Assembly: GCA_900088475.1 (NCBI GenBank)
Contig: FLMG01000989.1
Location: 1-64,000 of the forward strand
Length of the DNA: 64,000 nucleotides
Direction: 5' to 3'
DNA from: Hyphochytrium catenoides
Lineage: Eukaryota; Protista; Hyphochytriomycota
Made by a program: the position numbers and the translations under genes. How positions within the stretch are numbered: position 1 is the stretch's first letter; the number at the start of each line of letters is the position of its first letter. This document shows, one piece after another, positions 22,692 through 37,956 of the stretch. The notes under the pieces were generated by a model, which searched no databases, was not told the origin of the DNA, and worked only from the letters and a program-made list of their open reading frames with translations.

Positions 22692-22930
22692 GGTAGTTGA
22701 TGCTTCTACGAGGCAATCTCTACTAAAAGCAGCATGAAGAAGAAGAAGTGGTGGGAGACTCCGAAGAATTGTCAGGCATCTTCTTCTTCGTCCCTGCGTC
22801 TCCTCTCCTCGGAACAGCCAGTAGTTAACCCTTCTACGAGGCAAGCTGCGCTAAAGGCAACAGAAGAGAAGAGGAAGAAGAAGTGATGGGAGACTCCCGA
22901 AGAGTTCTCAGGCATCTTCTTCTTCCTCCT
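22692..22930. repeat. Degenerate ~128-bp tandem duplication
   Basis: GTAGTT..CTTCTACGAGGCAA..CTAAA..GAAGAAGAAGTG(G/A)TGGGAGACTCC..GAAGA..TCAGGCATCTTCTTCTTC appears near 22693 and again near 22821. Confidence 0.75.
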
Positions 22931-23358
22931 TCTCTCATCCTCCTCCCCAAGAAGAGCCTTACGGCCATTAAAGAGCGCTGCCAACAAGAAGACTTCCGCT
23001 GCTGCACTGCTGCTGGCGCGCGGGCGCGCGGAGGACCAAGCCATCACTAGAAGAGAAGAGAGAAAGCAAAGGAAAAGGCCTCAAAAAACAGATAACCTTT
23101 GAGCACCATGAAACTTTCAATCTCCGAGAACATTTTTTACAGATTCTTTCAAATATCATATGTTAAACCTTCGAAAGTTTGCCTGAAGGAATCCTGTGAA
23201 ATCTATTTATTAGAAGAAAAAAGGAAGAGGAACAGAGAGAGAGCGTTAGGAACCCTCTCTAGAGGGGACAACGAGAGAGAGACCAAGGGAGATAACTGTT
23301 GAGGGAGGCTGAGAAAAAGAGAGAGAGAGACAGAGAGACAGGGAGAGAGAGACAAAGA

Positions 23359-23392
<34 letters not shown>

Positions 23393-23518
23393 AAGAGAGA
23401 GACAAAGAGAGAGAGAAAGAGAGAGAGAGAGAGGGGGGTGAGAGTGCAAGAAAGGAAATAGCAGAGAGAGAGAAGAGAGAGCTCGAAGAGAGAGCGTGAG
23501 AGAGTAAAGAGGGGAGAT

Positions 23519-23549
<31 letters not shown>

Positions 23550-24227
23550 GCAGGTCGCGAGGGTCCAAAGTCACCTGGACTGATTCTGACGATGTGCTTG
23601 ATCTTGGACGGCATCTTGTCGCACTCTCCCTTTCATCTTGCCTCCTGATGTTTCTCTCTGTCTGTTGCTCTCTCTCTCTCTCTCCCTCCCTCTCTCTCTG
23701 TCTCTCTCTTTCTCCTCTCTCTTCGTCTCATCTCCAGTCTTTCTGCAGTTCCTTGATCTCATTCGTCGCTCCTGTTTCTCTTCTCGGACAGAAACGCGCC
23801 TTCCGCACTTCTTGAGCTCTCTTCATTGTTCCTCAGACTTCTTCCCACCATCAACACACTTGACGATAAAAACCTTTTCTCTCTCTTGACCTTCTCTCTT
23901 CTTTCCTTCTTCGTCTGAGTTCTTTCTCTCTCTCATTTCCCCTCCCACCAGACCTTCCCTCTTTCTCTCTTTCTCTCTCTCTCCTGCCACTTTCCTCTCC
24001 CTACTTCTCCCTGTTCATAACATGTTTTTCTCCATGATGGGAAGTCAGATGTAACTTTTTTCTGAGAAGAGAAAGAACTAAAGCTAGCAGAGCGAAGAGA
24101 GAGAGAAAGAGAGAAGAGAACAAAAAAGAGAGAAACCAAAAGGAGAACCACTGCCTTTGGTTATCTAACTTTTTCAAAGGAGAGAGAGAGAGAGAGAGAC
24201 GAAAAGAAACCTCCCCCGGAGATCACA

Positions 24228-24767
24228 ATGACGACCCTCTCCTCTCTGAGAAACAGCGGAAGGCGACTTGCTTTCTCTTCTCTCTCTGTCTCCTTCCAAA
24301 GACGCGTGGGAAGTGGACTCAAAGAGAGAAGCGCGGGCCGTTCTCTTCTTCTCTCTTCCTCTCTCCCCCAAGAGATAAAGGCTTATCCTCTCATTCGATT
24401 CTCTAGCACACTGCCGACGAGGGAGAAAGATGAGAAAGAGAAGTGCGAGAGACAGAGTGCTCCCAAAAGCGGTCACTGTCATGCGATGCCAGAGAAAGCG
24501 AGAGAGAAAGAAGGAGAGAAAGAAGGAGAGAGAAAGAGAAAGTGGGGCTTGACTGAGTTCACAATGGTCGCCTCTGCTCTCTGTGCCTTCGACTGCACTG
24601 TCCTCCCTGTCATTCTCACGGTTCTTCCAGCGGCAGATTTATTAGCGCCAGAATATTACCATCAGATCCATCATGTGAGACGAGTTGCTCTCTCTTTCTC
24701 TCTCTTTCTTTCTCTCTTTCTTTCTCTCTGGGCGTGTGGGCTCCTCTCTGTGTTTCTCTTTTGCGAC

Positions 24768-24799
<32 letters not shown>

Positions 24800-24881
24800 G
24801 CACTTCTTGGGCCGCTCCTTCCCTTGCTCCTCTGTCAGCCTCTCTTCCGTATACCCACCTTCCATTACGCGCTCCCACTTC

Positions 24882-24937
<56 letters not shown>

Positions 24938-25024
24938 TCTCGCTCTCTCCTGTCTCTTCTTTCTCTTCTGCTCAATTTGGCTGGGTCTTCGCTTTCCGGT
25001 TCACGGTGGCGGTATCTCATTGAC

Positions 25025-25063
<39 letters not shown>

Positions 25064-25686
25064 CGCAGGCGTCCCACTTCATTGTAAAGTATGTGGTGCT
25101 CCCCGTGGGCACCACGACCACAGTGTTGAACTATGTGCAGACGAAGAACAAATCTCTGGCGGCTCTGGGCGCGGCGGGCCTCTCTCTCATCCTTCTCTCC
25201 AACTTCGATTTCTCCTTTCTCCCTCAGGCATTTTATGCCGCGAAGAGCAAGTACGTTTCTCTCTCTCTCTCTTTCTCTCTCTCTCTTTCTCTTTTCTGTC
25301 TCCCTGCCGTCCTCCCTATATGGTTTGGCAGTGCTATAATCTAGCTCGTCCGTCTCTTCTCTCTTGTTCCTTTCCTGCTGCCTGTATCTCTTTCTCTCTC
25401 TTCCTTTCTTGTCTCTTTCTTTTTTTCCCCATGTCTTCTTCTATCCTGTCTTTGCGTCTCTCCTGCTTCTGCCTTTCTCTCTCTCTCTCTCTTCTTTCCC
25501 TTGTTCTTAACTCTCTCTCTCTGTCTCTCTCCATCCTCCTCTCAATCAATTCTCTCTCTTTCCGCGCTTTTTTTCCGCAGGTGGAACACTCTCGGCTGCG
25601 TCTTCCTCTTGGGTTCCTCTTATCTCTCTCATCGTGGAGGAAACATCTTTGGCGGGAAGAAGAACAGTGGTCGGCACTGTCATTAG
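24228..25686 (+). CDS. MerC-domain-like membrane protein with mitochondrial-type presequence, 3 exons
   Basis: Exons 24228-24674, 25069-25250, 25581-25686 (GT-AG, phases 0 and 2). TM1 MVASALCAFDCTVLPVILTVLP has the MerC-type CxxxC; three further hydrophobic helices (FIVKYVVLPVGTTTTVLNY, LAALGAAGLSLILLSN, NTLGCVFLLGSSYLSH). HCH motifs lie on both sides of the TM block. Confidence 0.78.
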
Positions 25687-25692
25687 CAGAGA

Positions 25693-25756
<64 letters not shown>

Positions 25757-25859
25757 GAAGATAGCCCACGAGTGGATGACGTAACAGCTTTCAATCACTC
25801 AGTAAAATAGTGAGGTTAATTTTTCAAACGAAAGGGTCTCTGTTTTTCTGTTCGTCCTG

Positions 25860-25910
<51 letters not shown>

Positions 25911-26189
25911 CTTGCTTTTTCTCTTTCGCATGCCCTTCGTCTCTCTTCAGACTACCTAGCGCTGCTGCCTTGGTGATCGTGGTTCTGCTCTCTTTCCCTC
26001 TTGAAAGTGTGACGACGATGTCTGCAACCTCCCCTGATGAGGCACGGATCATCTCTCACTCTCTCTCTCGTCTTCGTCAGGGTCAAGCCTTCTAAGGTCT
26101 CTCTCTCGTCTTCGTCAGACTTTCCCTAGCATTTTTGTCCGCAATGTATTTCAGGTCTCTCTCTTAGGGGGTTCCCTCTTCTCTCTCTT

Positions 26190-26220
<31 letters not shown>

Positions 26221-27399
26221 GTTTCTGTGTGTCTCTGTTTCTGTGTGCCTCTCTCTCTCTCTGTCTCTCTCTCTCTGTTGTATTGTATTGATTTCTCTTA
26301 TCTCTCTTTATCTCTGTCTTCATCTCTCTTTATCTCTCTCCCTCCCTGTCTTTCCTCTCTTTCTCTCTCTTTCTCCCTCTCTCCCTTTCTCTTCTCTCTC
26401 TTCTGTCTGTCTTTCTCCTTGCCCTAACCCGCCCTCTCTCTCTCTCTCTCTCTTGCCCTCTCTGCCTATTGTTTGTCTTGGCTGGCTCTTTACTCTGTCT
26501 CCAACTCTGTCTCTCTTTTTCTTAATCCAAAGATAGCCTCAATTAGCCATCTAAGAAGACTCTGCTGGAGGATAATCGGCTGTATAAACACTGAATATAG
26601 GAAGAAAGGCCTTTGTCTTTCATACAAAGCTAATATTTGTCGCATAAAACCTAGAGGACTTTGGAATAAAGCCACCTATTATACTTGAGATTATGAATAG
26701 AAGAGATATAGCTTCGAAATTGGATTGACACACCTTTTGTAAAAAGAATACCTGCCCAATCACAGTATTTAGTCTACACAAGAGGCCAACATTCAAAAGG
26801 TGTGTCACATAGAAACTTCACATTACTTGGGCGTCCACCCACCACCAAGCCAAAACTCCGCTTATGAGACCTCCTCTTTCGTGATTAGATTAAAGATATT
26901 ACTACAGGATAGCGGACTTTAGCGGCGCTGTATGTGTCGCTGGTGCGGCGCTGTGTTGGCTTTGGCTTCCCTTTCATTTCAGTGGCCAGCGGCACTCGGA
27001 CAGAGCTTCAGGTAAGGGCAATAGTCTCCGTCAGAACCCAGACAGAGATTCTCCATTGCAGAGTCATTTCGCTGCCAGGGGTAAGAGAGACAGGGAAGAG
27101 GCATGGAAGGCTTGGGAGTAGGGGGAGTCTTGAGTTTGGGTCGGCGAAAGGTTGGGTGAGAGAATGGAGTCTGTGGACGCGGCTAAAAGAACTCTAAGGC
27201 TGAACTTTTTTTGACTGATCTCTGAGCTTGACGTCTCAGCGTTATTAGCTTGTTTGGTATGAGTTGCCTGGTTTCTGGACAATTATGTGTATGGAACCTG
27301 CTCCTCTATCATGGGCTGGGCGGGCTTTTTCTTTGCGTCCCTTGGTGCGTTCTCTGACAGCATCTTCCTCGGGTTACAGGCGCACACACTTCCGGAACC

Positions 27400-28416
<1,017 letters not shown>

Positions 28417-29379
28417 GGGAGAGAGAGAGAGAAAAAGGAGGGGAAAGGAAGAAGAAAGGAATCGGGAAAGAGAGGGAGCGCAAGGAAGAGTTGGAAAAGA
28501 AGGCTTATCACGTCTCTTTCTTTTCTCCCGACTTCTTCTTTGGACCCTTGTGCATACAGGGCTTGGGAGGAAGAGCAGTGTAGGAGAGAGGAAGAGAAAA
28601 GAGAGACAGAGGGAAACCAATCTTTGTATCTCCTCTCTCTCTTTCTCCGTTTCTCCTTCTTTCTCTTCTTCTTTCTTCTTCTTTTGTTTCAGGTGCGCAC
28701 CTCTGTGCCTAATAAATTGTATGGGAAGCGGAAGTTATGATCGGTGTTCTTCTTCTTTTTATGACAATCTTAAAGCCCTAGACCGGCCGCTTAAGGCCAA
28801 GAGTAAAGAGAGAAAGAGGGAAAGAGAGAGAAAGAGGCATATGTGGAAAGAGACAGGGAGCGAGAGAAGAGTAGCCATTGACAAGAGAGAAAGAAGAGGA
28901 GAGTGAAGCAATAAAAAGGCTTTAAGTGAGGAAGAGGGAGAGGTAAGAGAAAAGTGGAAAGAGAGAAAGAAAGCGAAAAGAGAGAGAAGAGGAGCCTTCC
29001 ATTAAACGATGACAGTGAAAACGTGGGATTTTCTCTTTATAATCTGTTAGCCATGGAGGCAGAGGATAAGGTAGGCGGGGAGCAGGAGGAAGCTCCTGTC
29101 TCTCTCCTCTTCTCTCTCTCTCCCTCCCGCCACAATAGTGTGCAAAGCAGCACACGATATCCAGAAGAACACTAGTTATCTGTACTTCCACCATCTGAAG
29201 CTCTGGTTTTCTCTCTCTCTCCCTATCTCTCTCTCTCCTGGCCCGCTTTCTCTCTCTTTTTCCTTCATTTAAAGTCCCTCGATCGCTGTTTACGAACAAG
29301 AGACTCTTCAAAGTTAGAACTGAGAAGGGTGGAGAGAGAGAGAGAGAGAGAGACGAAGATTAACTGTGTGTCTCCTCCT

Positions 29380-29827
29380 CTAGCTAACCAGCGCCTTCAG
29401 CACTGTCTTCACATTGAGCTTTCTGAGGTGCGTGTACTTTTGACCGACACCCACAAAAATGATGGGCTGTCCTGTCTTATAGACCAGAGAGACAGCCGCT
29501 CCCACCTAACACAGACAGAGAGAGCACGAGAGAGAGAGAGAGCAGATCGGAGAGAGAGAGCAAGGAAGAGACAGAGCAAGGAAGAGAGAGAGCAAGAGAG
29601 AGCAGTAAAAAGAGAGGAAAAAAAGAGAGAGAGAAAGCCACAAACAGAAGGGCAAAAGGTTAGAAGCCATTAAAACTGACTTGGAAGGACAGAAGAAGAA
29701 AAGAGTATGACTAGCAAAAAACAGTATGTTCTATCTACGAGACAAAAGCCACAAGCGACAGAAGTAAGGATCTTTAGGAGAAAGAAGTAAGGAAGAGAGA
29801 GTGAAAGAGAGAGAGAGAGAGAGAGAA

Positions 29828-29861
<34 letters not shown>

Positions 29862-29977
29862 CGAAAGAGAGAGNNNNNNNNNNNNNNNNNNNNNNNNNNN
29901 NNNNNNNNNNNNNNNNNNNNNNNNNNNNNNNNNNNNNNNNNNNNCGAAAGAGAGAGAGAGAGAGAGAGAGACAGAGG

Positions 29978-30009
<32 letters not shown>

Positions 30010-30257
30010 GAGAGAAAGAGAGAGAAGAGAAGAGGCAGAGAGATAGGGGGATAAGTGAAAGGACATGACTAAAAGGAGGGAGAAGGTTCTGAGAAGAAAG
30101 GACTGAAAGGGTTTACCTTCTGGTCTATGGTGTCGAACTTGGTGAGGACGATGCCGTCAATGGTGTGAGGCTTCTCTAACGGTGAAAAGTCCGCTAGTGC
30201 CTGAAGTAGCCAACAGTAAGCCAAAGAAAAAGGAAGAGACAGTTGGTAGGCAGGTAG

Positions 30258-30322
<65 letters not shown>

Positions 30323-30436
30323 AAAGGAGGGAGCTAATAAGAGAGAGAGGGAGAGAATGACTGGAAGGGTTACGATAAACGAGACCAAGTAATCATCAAG
30401 TTCAGCACACAGAGAGGGAAAGGGAGGAAACACACA

Positions 30437-30481
<45 letters not shown>

Positions 30482-31772
30482 CGTGAGAGAGAGTGAGAGA
30501 GAGCGTGAGAGAGAGAGAGAGAGAGAAAGAGAAGAAGGACGAAGGCAATAAGAGTGCGGGAGAGAAAGACACCGAAAAAGCTCCTGAACTCTAGGAGGAA
30601 GCAGGTACTCACCCTGTCAAACATCGCGAGTTGGTCTATCCCGTCAGTCCCCACCAGCGCTTCTCCCACAAAGAGGACAAGATCCGGATTATTTGAAGAT
30701 ACGAGCTTTGCAAGAGCACGCATAAGAGGTTCGTTGTTCTATCAACAGAGAGAGAGAGTGTGTGAGAGAGAGAGAAGAGAGAAGAGACAGACAAAAAGTT
30801 AGAGAGAGAAGAGCAGAGCAGATAGAGAGATAGAGAGACAAAGGAAAGGAGAGAGAGAAAATGGGCAGCGAACAGAGGAAGAACAAGAGACAAGAAAGAG
30901 AGAGGGAATATTAACGGAGAACATGGCCATTTGCACGAGTACAGAGAGAGAGAGAGAGAGGCGAAAGAGAAAGATATTAGAACAATAGAGACGATGATGT
31001 GATACGGGAGCGCGAGAAACAGGAGTCCCTACGAAGTTGAGAGAGAAAAAGAGAGAGACAGAGACAAGAGAGAGAGTGCGGGAAGGGTTGGAGAGAGAGG
31101 GACATCACGAAAGAGAGAGAGAGTGTGTCTCTTAGTAACCTGCATCCTTCCGGCTGTGTCCACGAGCAAACAATCATAATTGTGGTCCTTAGCGTACTGC
31201 ATCGCCTCTCCAGCCACCGCGGCAGGATCCTTAGCGTAACCTTTGCAAGACAGAGCAAGAAAGAGAAAGGAGTGAAGCGATAAAAGAGAAGAGACGCATT
31301 TGAAAAGAGAACCGAGAGGAAGAGAGAGAGAGAGGGGGAGAGAGAGANNNNNNNNNNNNNNNNNNNNNNNNNNNNNNNNNNNNNNAGAGAGAGAGAGAGA
31401 GAGAGAGTTTATGAGCACATAAGTTTAAAGAGAGAATGAAGCGAAGTGTGCGCACCCACTGTGAACTATTGAGGGCCAAGAAGAAGAAATAAGGGCGATA
31501 GAAAGTGCCCAATGTTTGAGCTCTCTCTCTCTCTCCTTTCTCTCTCCTCTCTTCTTAGGTGTCACATCTAAAAAGATTGCTCTTTCTCTCCTTAATCCTT
31601 AATGAAGAAAGACTTCTTTGCTCTCTCCTGCTCTTCTAGCTCCTCACCTTTCTCGAAGAGGAAGACATCAAGAACAGTCGCGTGGGTCCTCAACTGTTCC
31701 ACTGCTCCAGAGCGAAAGGTATCGCATGCGGCGATCATCACCTATGAAATAAATCAAGAGAGAAACGGAAAC

Positions 31773-31803
<31 letters not shown>

Positions 31804-32068
31804 AAAGAGAGAGAGCCATCACAAGTGAGTGGAGAGAGAGAAGCCATCAGTAAGCTTGGGAAAAGTAGGACAACCCAGAGCAGGAAGGAGGTGGACTCCT
31901 CCATAAGTACCGCAGCTGGGGAAGGGTAAAGGTTGCCCGCAAACACAGAGAGAGAGAGGGCAAGAGAGAAAAGAGTGATGCTTCATAAAGCACAGGTCTC
32001 CTTCTCTTCAAAATGAGGAGAGAGGAGTGACCTCTCTACCTCTCTCTCTCTCTCCCCCCGTCTCTCTC

Positions 32069-32134
<66 letters not shown>

Positions 32135-32285
32135 CTTCAAGCCTTTCGATTTGAGATAATAGCACACTTTAGAGAGTGATGTGGACTTGCCCACGCCATT
32201 GACTCCCACGAAAACGATTGTGTACGGTCGCCCCTTAGCTTTTGCAGCCAAAATCTGTGCCCAAGAGCAAAACCAATAGCAGGGA

Positions 32286-32356
<71 letters not shown>

Positions 32357-33509
32357 AAGAGACAGGAGAAGGAAGAAAAGGGGATTAGGGTCGCCCAGCC
32401 AACGGGTAAAGTAGAAATGTGAAAGTAGAAATAAGAAAACTGATTACTAGGAGAATTGACAAGGGCGCTACCGCTGAGAGAAGGAAAGAATGAAACAGGG
32501 CGACCGATCGATGAAGAAGAGGAGAGAAGAGCCAGTTTGATTCTATGTGTGTGTGTGAGAGAGAGAGAGAACGAGAGAGAGAGAGGGGGGGGGGAGAGAG
32601 AGAGAGAGAGACCCCAAAAGATTGAGGCAAGCTAGCAAGAGAGAGGGAGTGTGCGGTCAGGCTATTCTCTGGGTCTACCTCTCTCAAAACATCAGTAGAG
32701 CGCTTGGGGGTCAAGATCCGCTCGAGAGCATCCTCTAGTGTCTTCTTGACCAAGGTGTCAATCCTAGCTCATACGGCAGGGTAAAGGGAAGAGAAAGGGA
32801 ATAGGAAAGGCGAAGCGTTTGAAGAGAAAGAGAGCGTAAACAGGAAAGAGATAGAGACCAAGAGAGAGAGAGAGAGAGAGAGAGAGATGAGATAGGCCTC
32901 GAAGGTAGAAAGGACCGCGAGTCTTGAGAGACAGACGGGCAAAACAATGAGACAGAGAGAAAGGCAGAGGAGAAATCATCATGACTGACAAAGGGAGAGA
33001 AGAGTGCAAGGGAAAGAGAGAGAGAGAGGCTAATTCTCAAACGGTCTTCTTCCGAGCTACCTTGTGAATGTGTCAAGCTTCTTCCCCACCAGCGAGGAGG
33101 AAACAGAGTCACATAGCGCTCTTGCTATCTCAGCTGCCACATTCTTTGAAATAAGCTAAAGAGCGAGAGAAAGTTGGAGGGAGAGGAGGGGAAAGAGAGA
33201 GAGACCGAGAGAAAGAGACAGGAAATGTAGAGAGAAAAGTGAGAACCACCCGAAAAAGGCTGAGAAATAGGAACCGAGAGTCCACACAGTGCCAACACAG
33301 GACGCGAAGCAAACCCCTCAGAAGAGAAAGGGACAGGAAGAAAGAAGAAGTATTAGCTTGGAGCTCTCGGGAAGATAATTGTAATTTATATGCTTTGGAC
33401 AAGAAAATGTGTTAGAGGTTGTCCGCACCACGAAGAGAGAGAGAGACGCAAGCAAGAGGGAGACGAAGAGTTTGTTTATGATGCAGCACGAAGGCCCAAC
33501 AAGAAAGGG

Positions 33510-33552
<43 letters not shown>

Positions 33553-33598
33553 AAAAGGCAGAGAAAGGAGACGGGTAGGGGAAGAATCTCGTGTCTTG

Positions 33599-33639
<41 letters not shown>

Positions 33640-33730
33640 ACACAACGAAGTTGCACGCACATCATTCTTCAATGCTAATAGTGGTTTCTCTAGGTCTTCC
33701 TTCTCCAAGACCTACAAGAGGAAGAGACAG

Positions 33731-33766
<36 letters not shown>

Positions 33767-35153
33767 CCATTAGCAATCACAGGGAAACAAGGGAAACAGC
33801 CTCAGGACCCAGGCACCTTGTTTCCAGATAATTGATGAAGAAGACTGCCCAGCCGAGTTGACTTGAAGCTCCAACTGCTGGATTCCGCGCCAGAGCTAAA
33901 ACCTTCAGACTCCGAAGCTGAGGCTGAGGACGCAGAGAGAGAGAGAGGGAGAGAGAGAAAGAGAGGCAACGTTAGTGTCAATAGGAAGAGAATGAGAGAC
34001 CCTCCTCCTTCTCGGTTGGAATAAGAGGAAGAAAGACTCTCTAGAGAGAGAAAGCAAAAGAGAGAGAGAGAGGCGGACCTGGAGGAGTTATAACTTTGTG
34101 CTGTGGCAGCAAACTTTTCTCCTTCCCTTTTCCTCCCTAGAGAGCCTGCGGAGTCTCTTCTCCTTCTGCTGTCAATTGGCTTTTCCTCACCTGAAACACT
34201 CTCTCCCTCCTCGTCCGTCTCAACTTCTTCGTCTTCTTCATCCATTAGAGCCTCGTCCTGCGTTTCAGAAGGAGAGGACGGTTTATCGTGAGACAAAGCC
34301 CGAGACATGAAGAGAAAGAGACTAGAGAGAGGGAGAGAGAGAGAGGACAAAGAAAGATAAAGATAGGATACTGATCTTAAAGGTTACCATGGCAAGGCTG
34401 TAACTGGTGGACTGGTGGTGACAAGAAAGAGAGAGAGAGAGAGAGCGAAAGAGACAGAAAGAGAGAGAGAAAGAAAGCGAAAGAGACAGAAGAATTCGGG
34501 GAGAGGAGAGACTGAGAGACAAAGATTCTATAGTGCTTACATCTCCTATATAATCTTCTCTCAGCTGCCTGAGAGCCTCTCTCTCTTCGTCTTCTGTCAG
34601 CTGTTTCGACTTGTCCAGCGCCTGCATCGCCGCCTTCGTCACCTTTCCAGGAGTGTCCCATTGGCGCTTCTCTTTCTTCTTCTTCTTCTCTTTCTCTCCT
34701 ATCCGGGCATAGAGACAAAAAGAGAGAGAGAGAAAGAAAGGAGACAGAGAAGAGAGAAGGTGAGAGTTTAAGGGAGAGAGAGGGAGACCAGCAACCACCA
34801 GGTCAAGTGAGCCAAGCACCTTTTCCTAAGTAGACTCAGAGAGAAAGGAAGAGAGCAGCAGAAGAAAGAGAGGAATAAATGAGAAACTAAGGTGACCGTC
34901 GTCTCCGTAATAAGGCGAGAGAGACAGGTAGAAAGGCCAGACAGTAAGGATTAAAGACATGGAAGAAAGAGAAAAGGACAGAGATGAAGGGAGAAGAGAC
35001 CTCCTTCTTTCTCTCTTTGATTCTTCTCCTTTCTCTGCGGCTTCCCTGTCTGCTGTCTTCCCTGAAGCTTCTTCCGTGCGTGCTGGCGCTTCATCTCCTC
35101 TAATTCCTCATCCAAAGCGTCGGATGCATCCTCATCAGTCTGCAGTTATAAGC

Positions 35154-35197
<44 letters not shown>

Positions 35198-35900
35198 TAA
35201 ATGAGCGATTTGATGTTAAGGGCTGGGAAAGAGAGAGAGAGTAGGATAAGGAAGCGCTGGAGTCAAGACGGAGAGAGAGAGGAGGAATAGGCAGCCATTG
35301 AGATAAAAGAAAGCTGCACGAGACAGGAAATGAAGTCTTTAGCTCTCCCTCCCTTTGTGTCTCTTTCTCTCTTTCTCTCAGTTCCCCCGTCTCTCTTTCT
35401 CGTTCACTGACAAACTTTTCTCTCCTCTTCTCTCCTTCCTTCTTTCCTTCCTGTACTTACATTAGCTACGAGGGAGCGCTGTGCCTCTTGTGTCGCCTTA
35501 CTCTCTCCGGTACCTTTGCCCTTCTTGGACTCACCAAAAGACTGAAACAAAGAATATTAAAATTGTCATCCATAGAAGGAAAAGGGCGGAGCGACACAGA
35601 GACACAGAGAGAGAGAAGGAAAGAGAGAGAGAGAGAAAGAGAAGGACAAGAGAGCTAACCAAGAGAGCCGACGCAGGAGGCAGATGACAATCAAGGGACA
35701 AACAACAGGAAGCAAAGAAACCGCAGCAAAAGCAGCAATAGAGGTCAGACGACGCAGTAAAGACAGTTAAAACGTAGGAATGACGAGAGCTGCAGGGATG
35801 CAGGAGGGAAGGATCCGAAAGTTGGATAGGCAGAGCACAGGAAGAGAGAGATAAAGAGAAGATGTGAAAGAGAGAGAGAGAGAGAGAGAGAGATAAAGAG

Positions 35901-35933
<33 letters not shown>

Positions 35934-37023
35934 GATAGATAGAGAGAGAGAGAGGATGCCATTAAGAGTAGAGAAGGGACGAATTGGCGAAGCCGGGGAT
36001 AGAGAAAGTACTCAATGTGAAAAAGATTGGACAGACAAAGAAGCAGAGAGGGATAAAGCGAAGTCATAAAATGTAATAGGACGAGAGAGAGAAAGAGAGG
36101 GATGAGCAGGTTTACCTTCTGCACCCTGTGTTTCTTTTTCAAGAGAGCTCTCCCTTCTACATCTCTCACAATCGCGTCAAACTTCCTATCAAACCGCTCA
36201 AAATACTCTCTGGAACCGAGAGGGCGGGAAGAAAGAGTCATAAGCGAGAGAGAGAGAGAGAGAGAGAGCTCAGAAGTGATCACCCAGAAAGAGAGAAGGA
36301 TAACGAAGGAAATGAGAGCGTGGAGATAGAGCTAAAGAGGGAAGGGAGATAAACGGAAAAGGAATCGGGTGAGCAGAGAGGGAGAGAAAGAGAGAGCACC
36401 AAGAGACAGGAAGACTAAAGCAGGAGAGAGAGGTCTGGAGAGAGTAAGAGCCAGTAAAGATAACAATGCAACCAGAGCACACGGATGGGGGGAAAGGCAG
36501 GATGAAAGAGAGAGAGAAAGGGGGGGGGAAGAGATGAAGAGAGAGAAGAGGAGGAAAAGGGAAGCTAATTGCGACGTACGTAGAGTCGTTAAGAGAAGTT
36601 CCAAACTCTGTCACGAAGTCCTGTCATTATGGAAAAAGAGAAAGAGGGTTGCAAGGACGATTGAGACGAGCGCGCCTCTTCCCCTCTACAGCTCTAAGCC
36701 TGTCCTTTCCTCTTTCTCTCCCGTCACTTTTCTGGTGCTCTTCTCTCTGATCCACTTACATCCTTAACACACTGCAGAAGCTCCTCCATATATGTTGGCT
36801 GCAGAATCTTCTGATAGACCACGGCAAAGACGAGCTCCACATCGTTGGCCAGAGTCCATTTCAATGTGTAGTCATCGATGTGGAAGGTCTGCTCTTTCCC
36901 AGCCTTTTCTTCAAGGAGAACGTCCTTGATGAGCCGGCCGATCGGATCGCCATTTAGTTTGCAGAGACTCTTGCTCCATAACACTCTGCCGGTCTTTGAG
37001 AAGATGATGAAGTGATCAATCAT
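29380..37023 (-). CDS. SRPRA: Signal recognition particle receptor alpha subunit, ~17 exons
   Basis: N-terminal SRX longin domain [39 protein letters not shown] domain: [52 protein letters not shown]|[40 protein letters not shown]. Stop TAG at 29380-29382. Confidence 0.96.
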
Positions 37024-37529
37024 CTTTCTCCTCTTCCCGGAAGACTAGAGTAGCCGGCCGCGAGCTGCAGCTGCTAACGCTTCTCACTCTTCGTACGTGG
37101 CCGGAGCTCCTCCTCAGCAAGTTATTAGCTTTCTTTAGTCGAGCAGGTCAAATGATCTTCTTCGTCTCATCTGAGATTATCGGCAAGTGAGAGCTCCGTC
37201 TGAATCTCTGGCAGATCTCTGTTTCCCCTGGAAATCCGTTGACATCAGCAAAACAGCAGCAATGAGAGTAAAGAGCTTCAGACATATCCCAGGATATATA
37301 ATATCATCAATCCAACCGATAAAGCCTTTAGCATTCACGATGTGACACTGATTCGGAATTACGGAAAAAGGCAGGAGCCGGTAACGCCTTTCAAGGAGTG
37401 AGGTGCACTGGTTAAGAGAGAGTCTTTCAGAACTGCTGCATCAGAAAACTGGTACACTCTCTCTCTCCTCTCTTCTCCCTATTATTCCCTTCCCTCTCTT
37501 TGTCTCTTCCTTCTCTCTCTCTCTCTCTC

Positions 37530-37565
<36 letters not shown>

Positions 37566-37956
37566 CACCCCTCTCTCTCTCTCTCCCCCTCTCTCTCTCG
37601 TGTGTCTCGATGATGTCTCTTGTTTCCCTTCCCTTGTTTGTCTCTCGTTCCTTTCGCGCAGGCCTCTGCGTGTCTGTCGCTTTCTTCATCCATCTCAGTT
37701 CTGTCTGTTGCAGCTTCTACGGTCTGAAGCCTGTGAACCGCCTTTCTCAGTCCAAACTCTCGGTTTCTCTCTGGTCCTACTCCGGCTACAGGCTCTTTCC
37801 TCCTCAGTCTCTCTCTCTCTCTCTCCCCCTCTCTCACTCGCTCTCTCGCTCTCTCCCTCTCTGAAGACCACGATAATCTTCCTTCCGAAGCGAGGTTCGG
37901 GCCTAGGATAGAGGCTCTGGCGGAAAGACAAGTCACAGAAAGAGAGAGAGAAAGAG

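Noticed and set aside
23100-24200. Possible minus-strand gene (MPSKIKHIVRISP|gt..)
   Set aside because: Could not assemble a multi-exon frame or recognise a domain.
24228-25686. Bacterial mer operon or contaminant contig
   Set aside because: The gene has GT-AG introns with host microsatellites, and no merA/merR/merP is nearby.
26490-27390. Short ORFs in the repeat-free stretch upstream of UBA52
   Set aside because: No motifs; better explained as promoter plus a probable 5'UTR intron.
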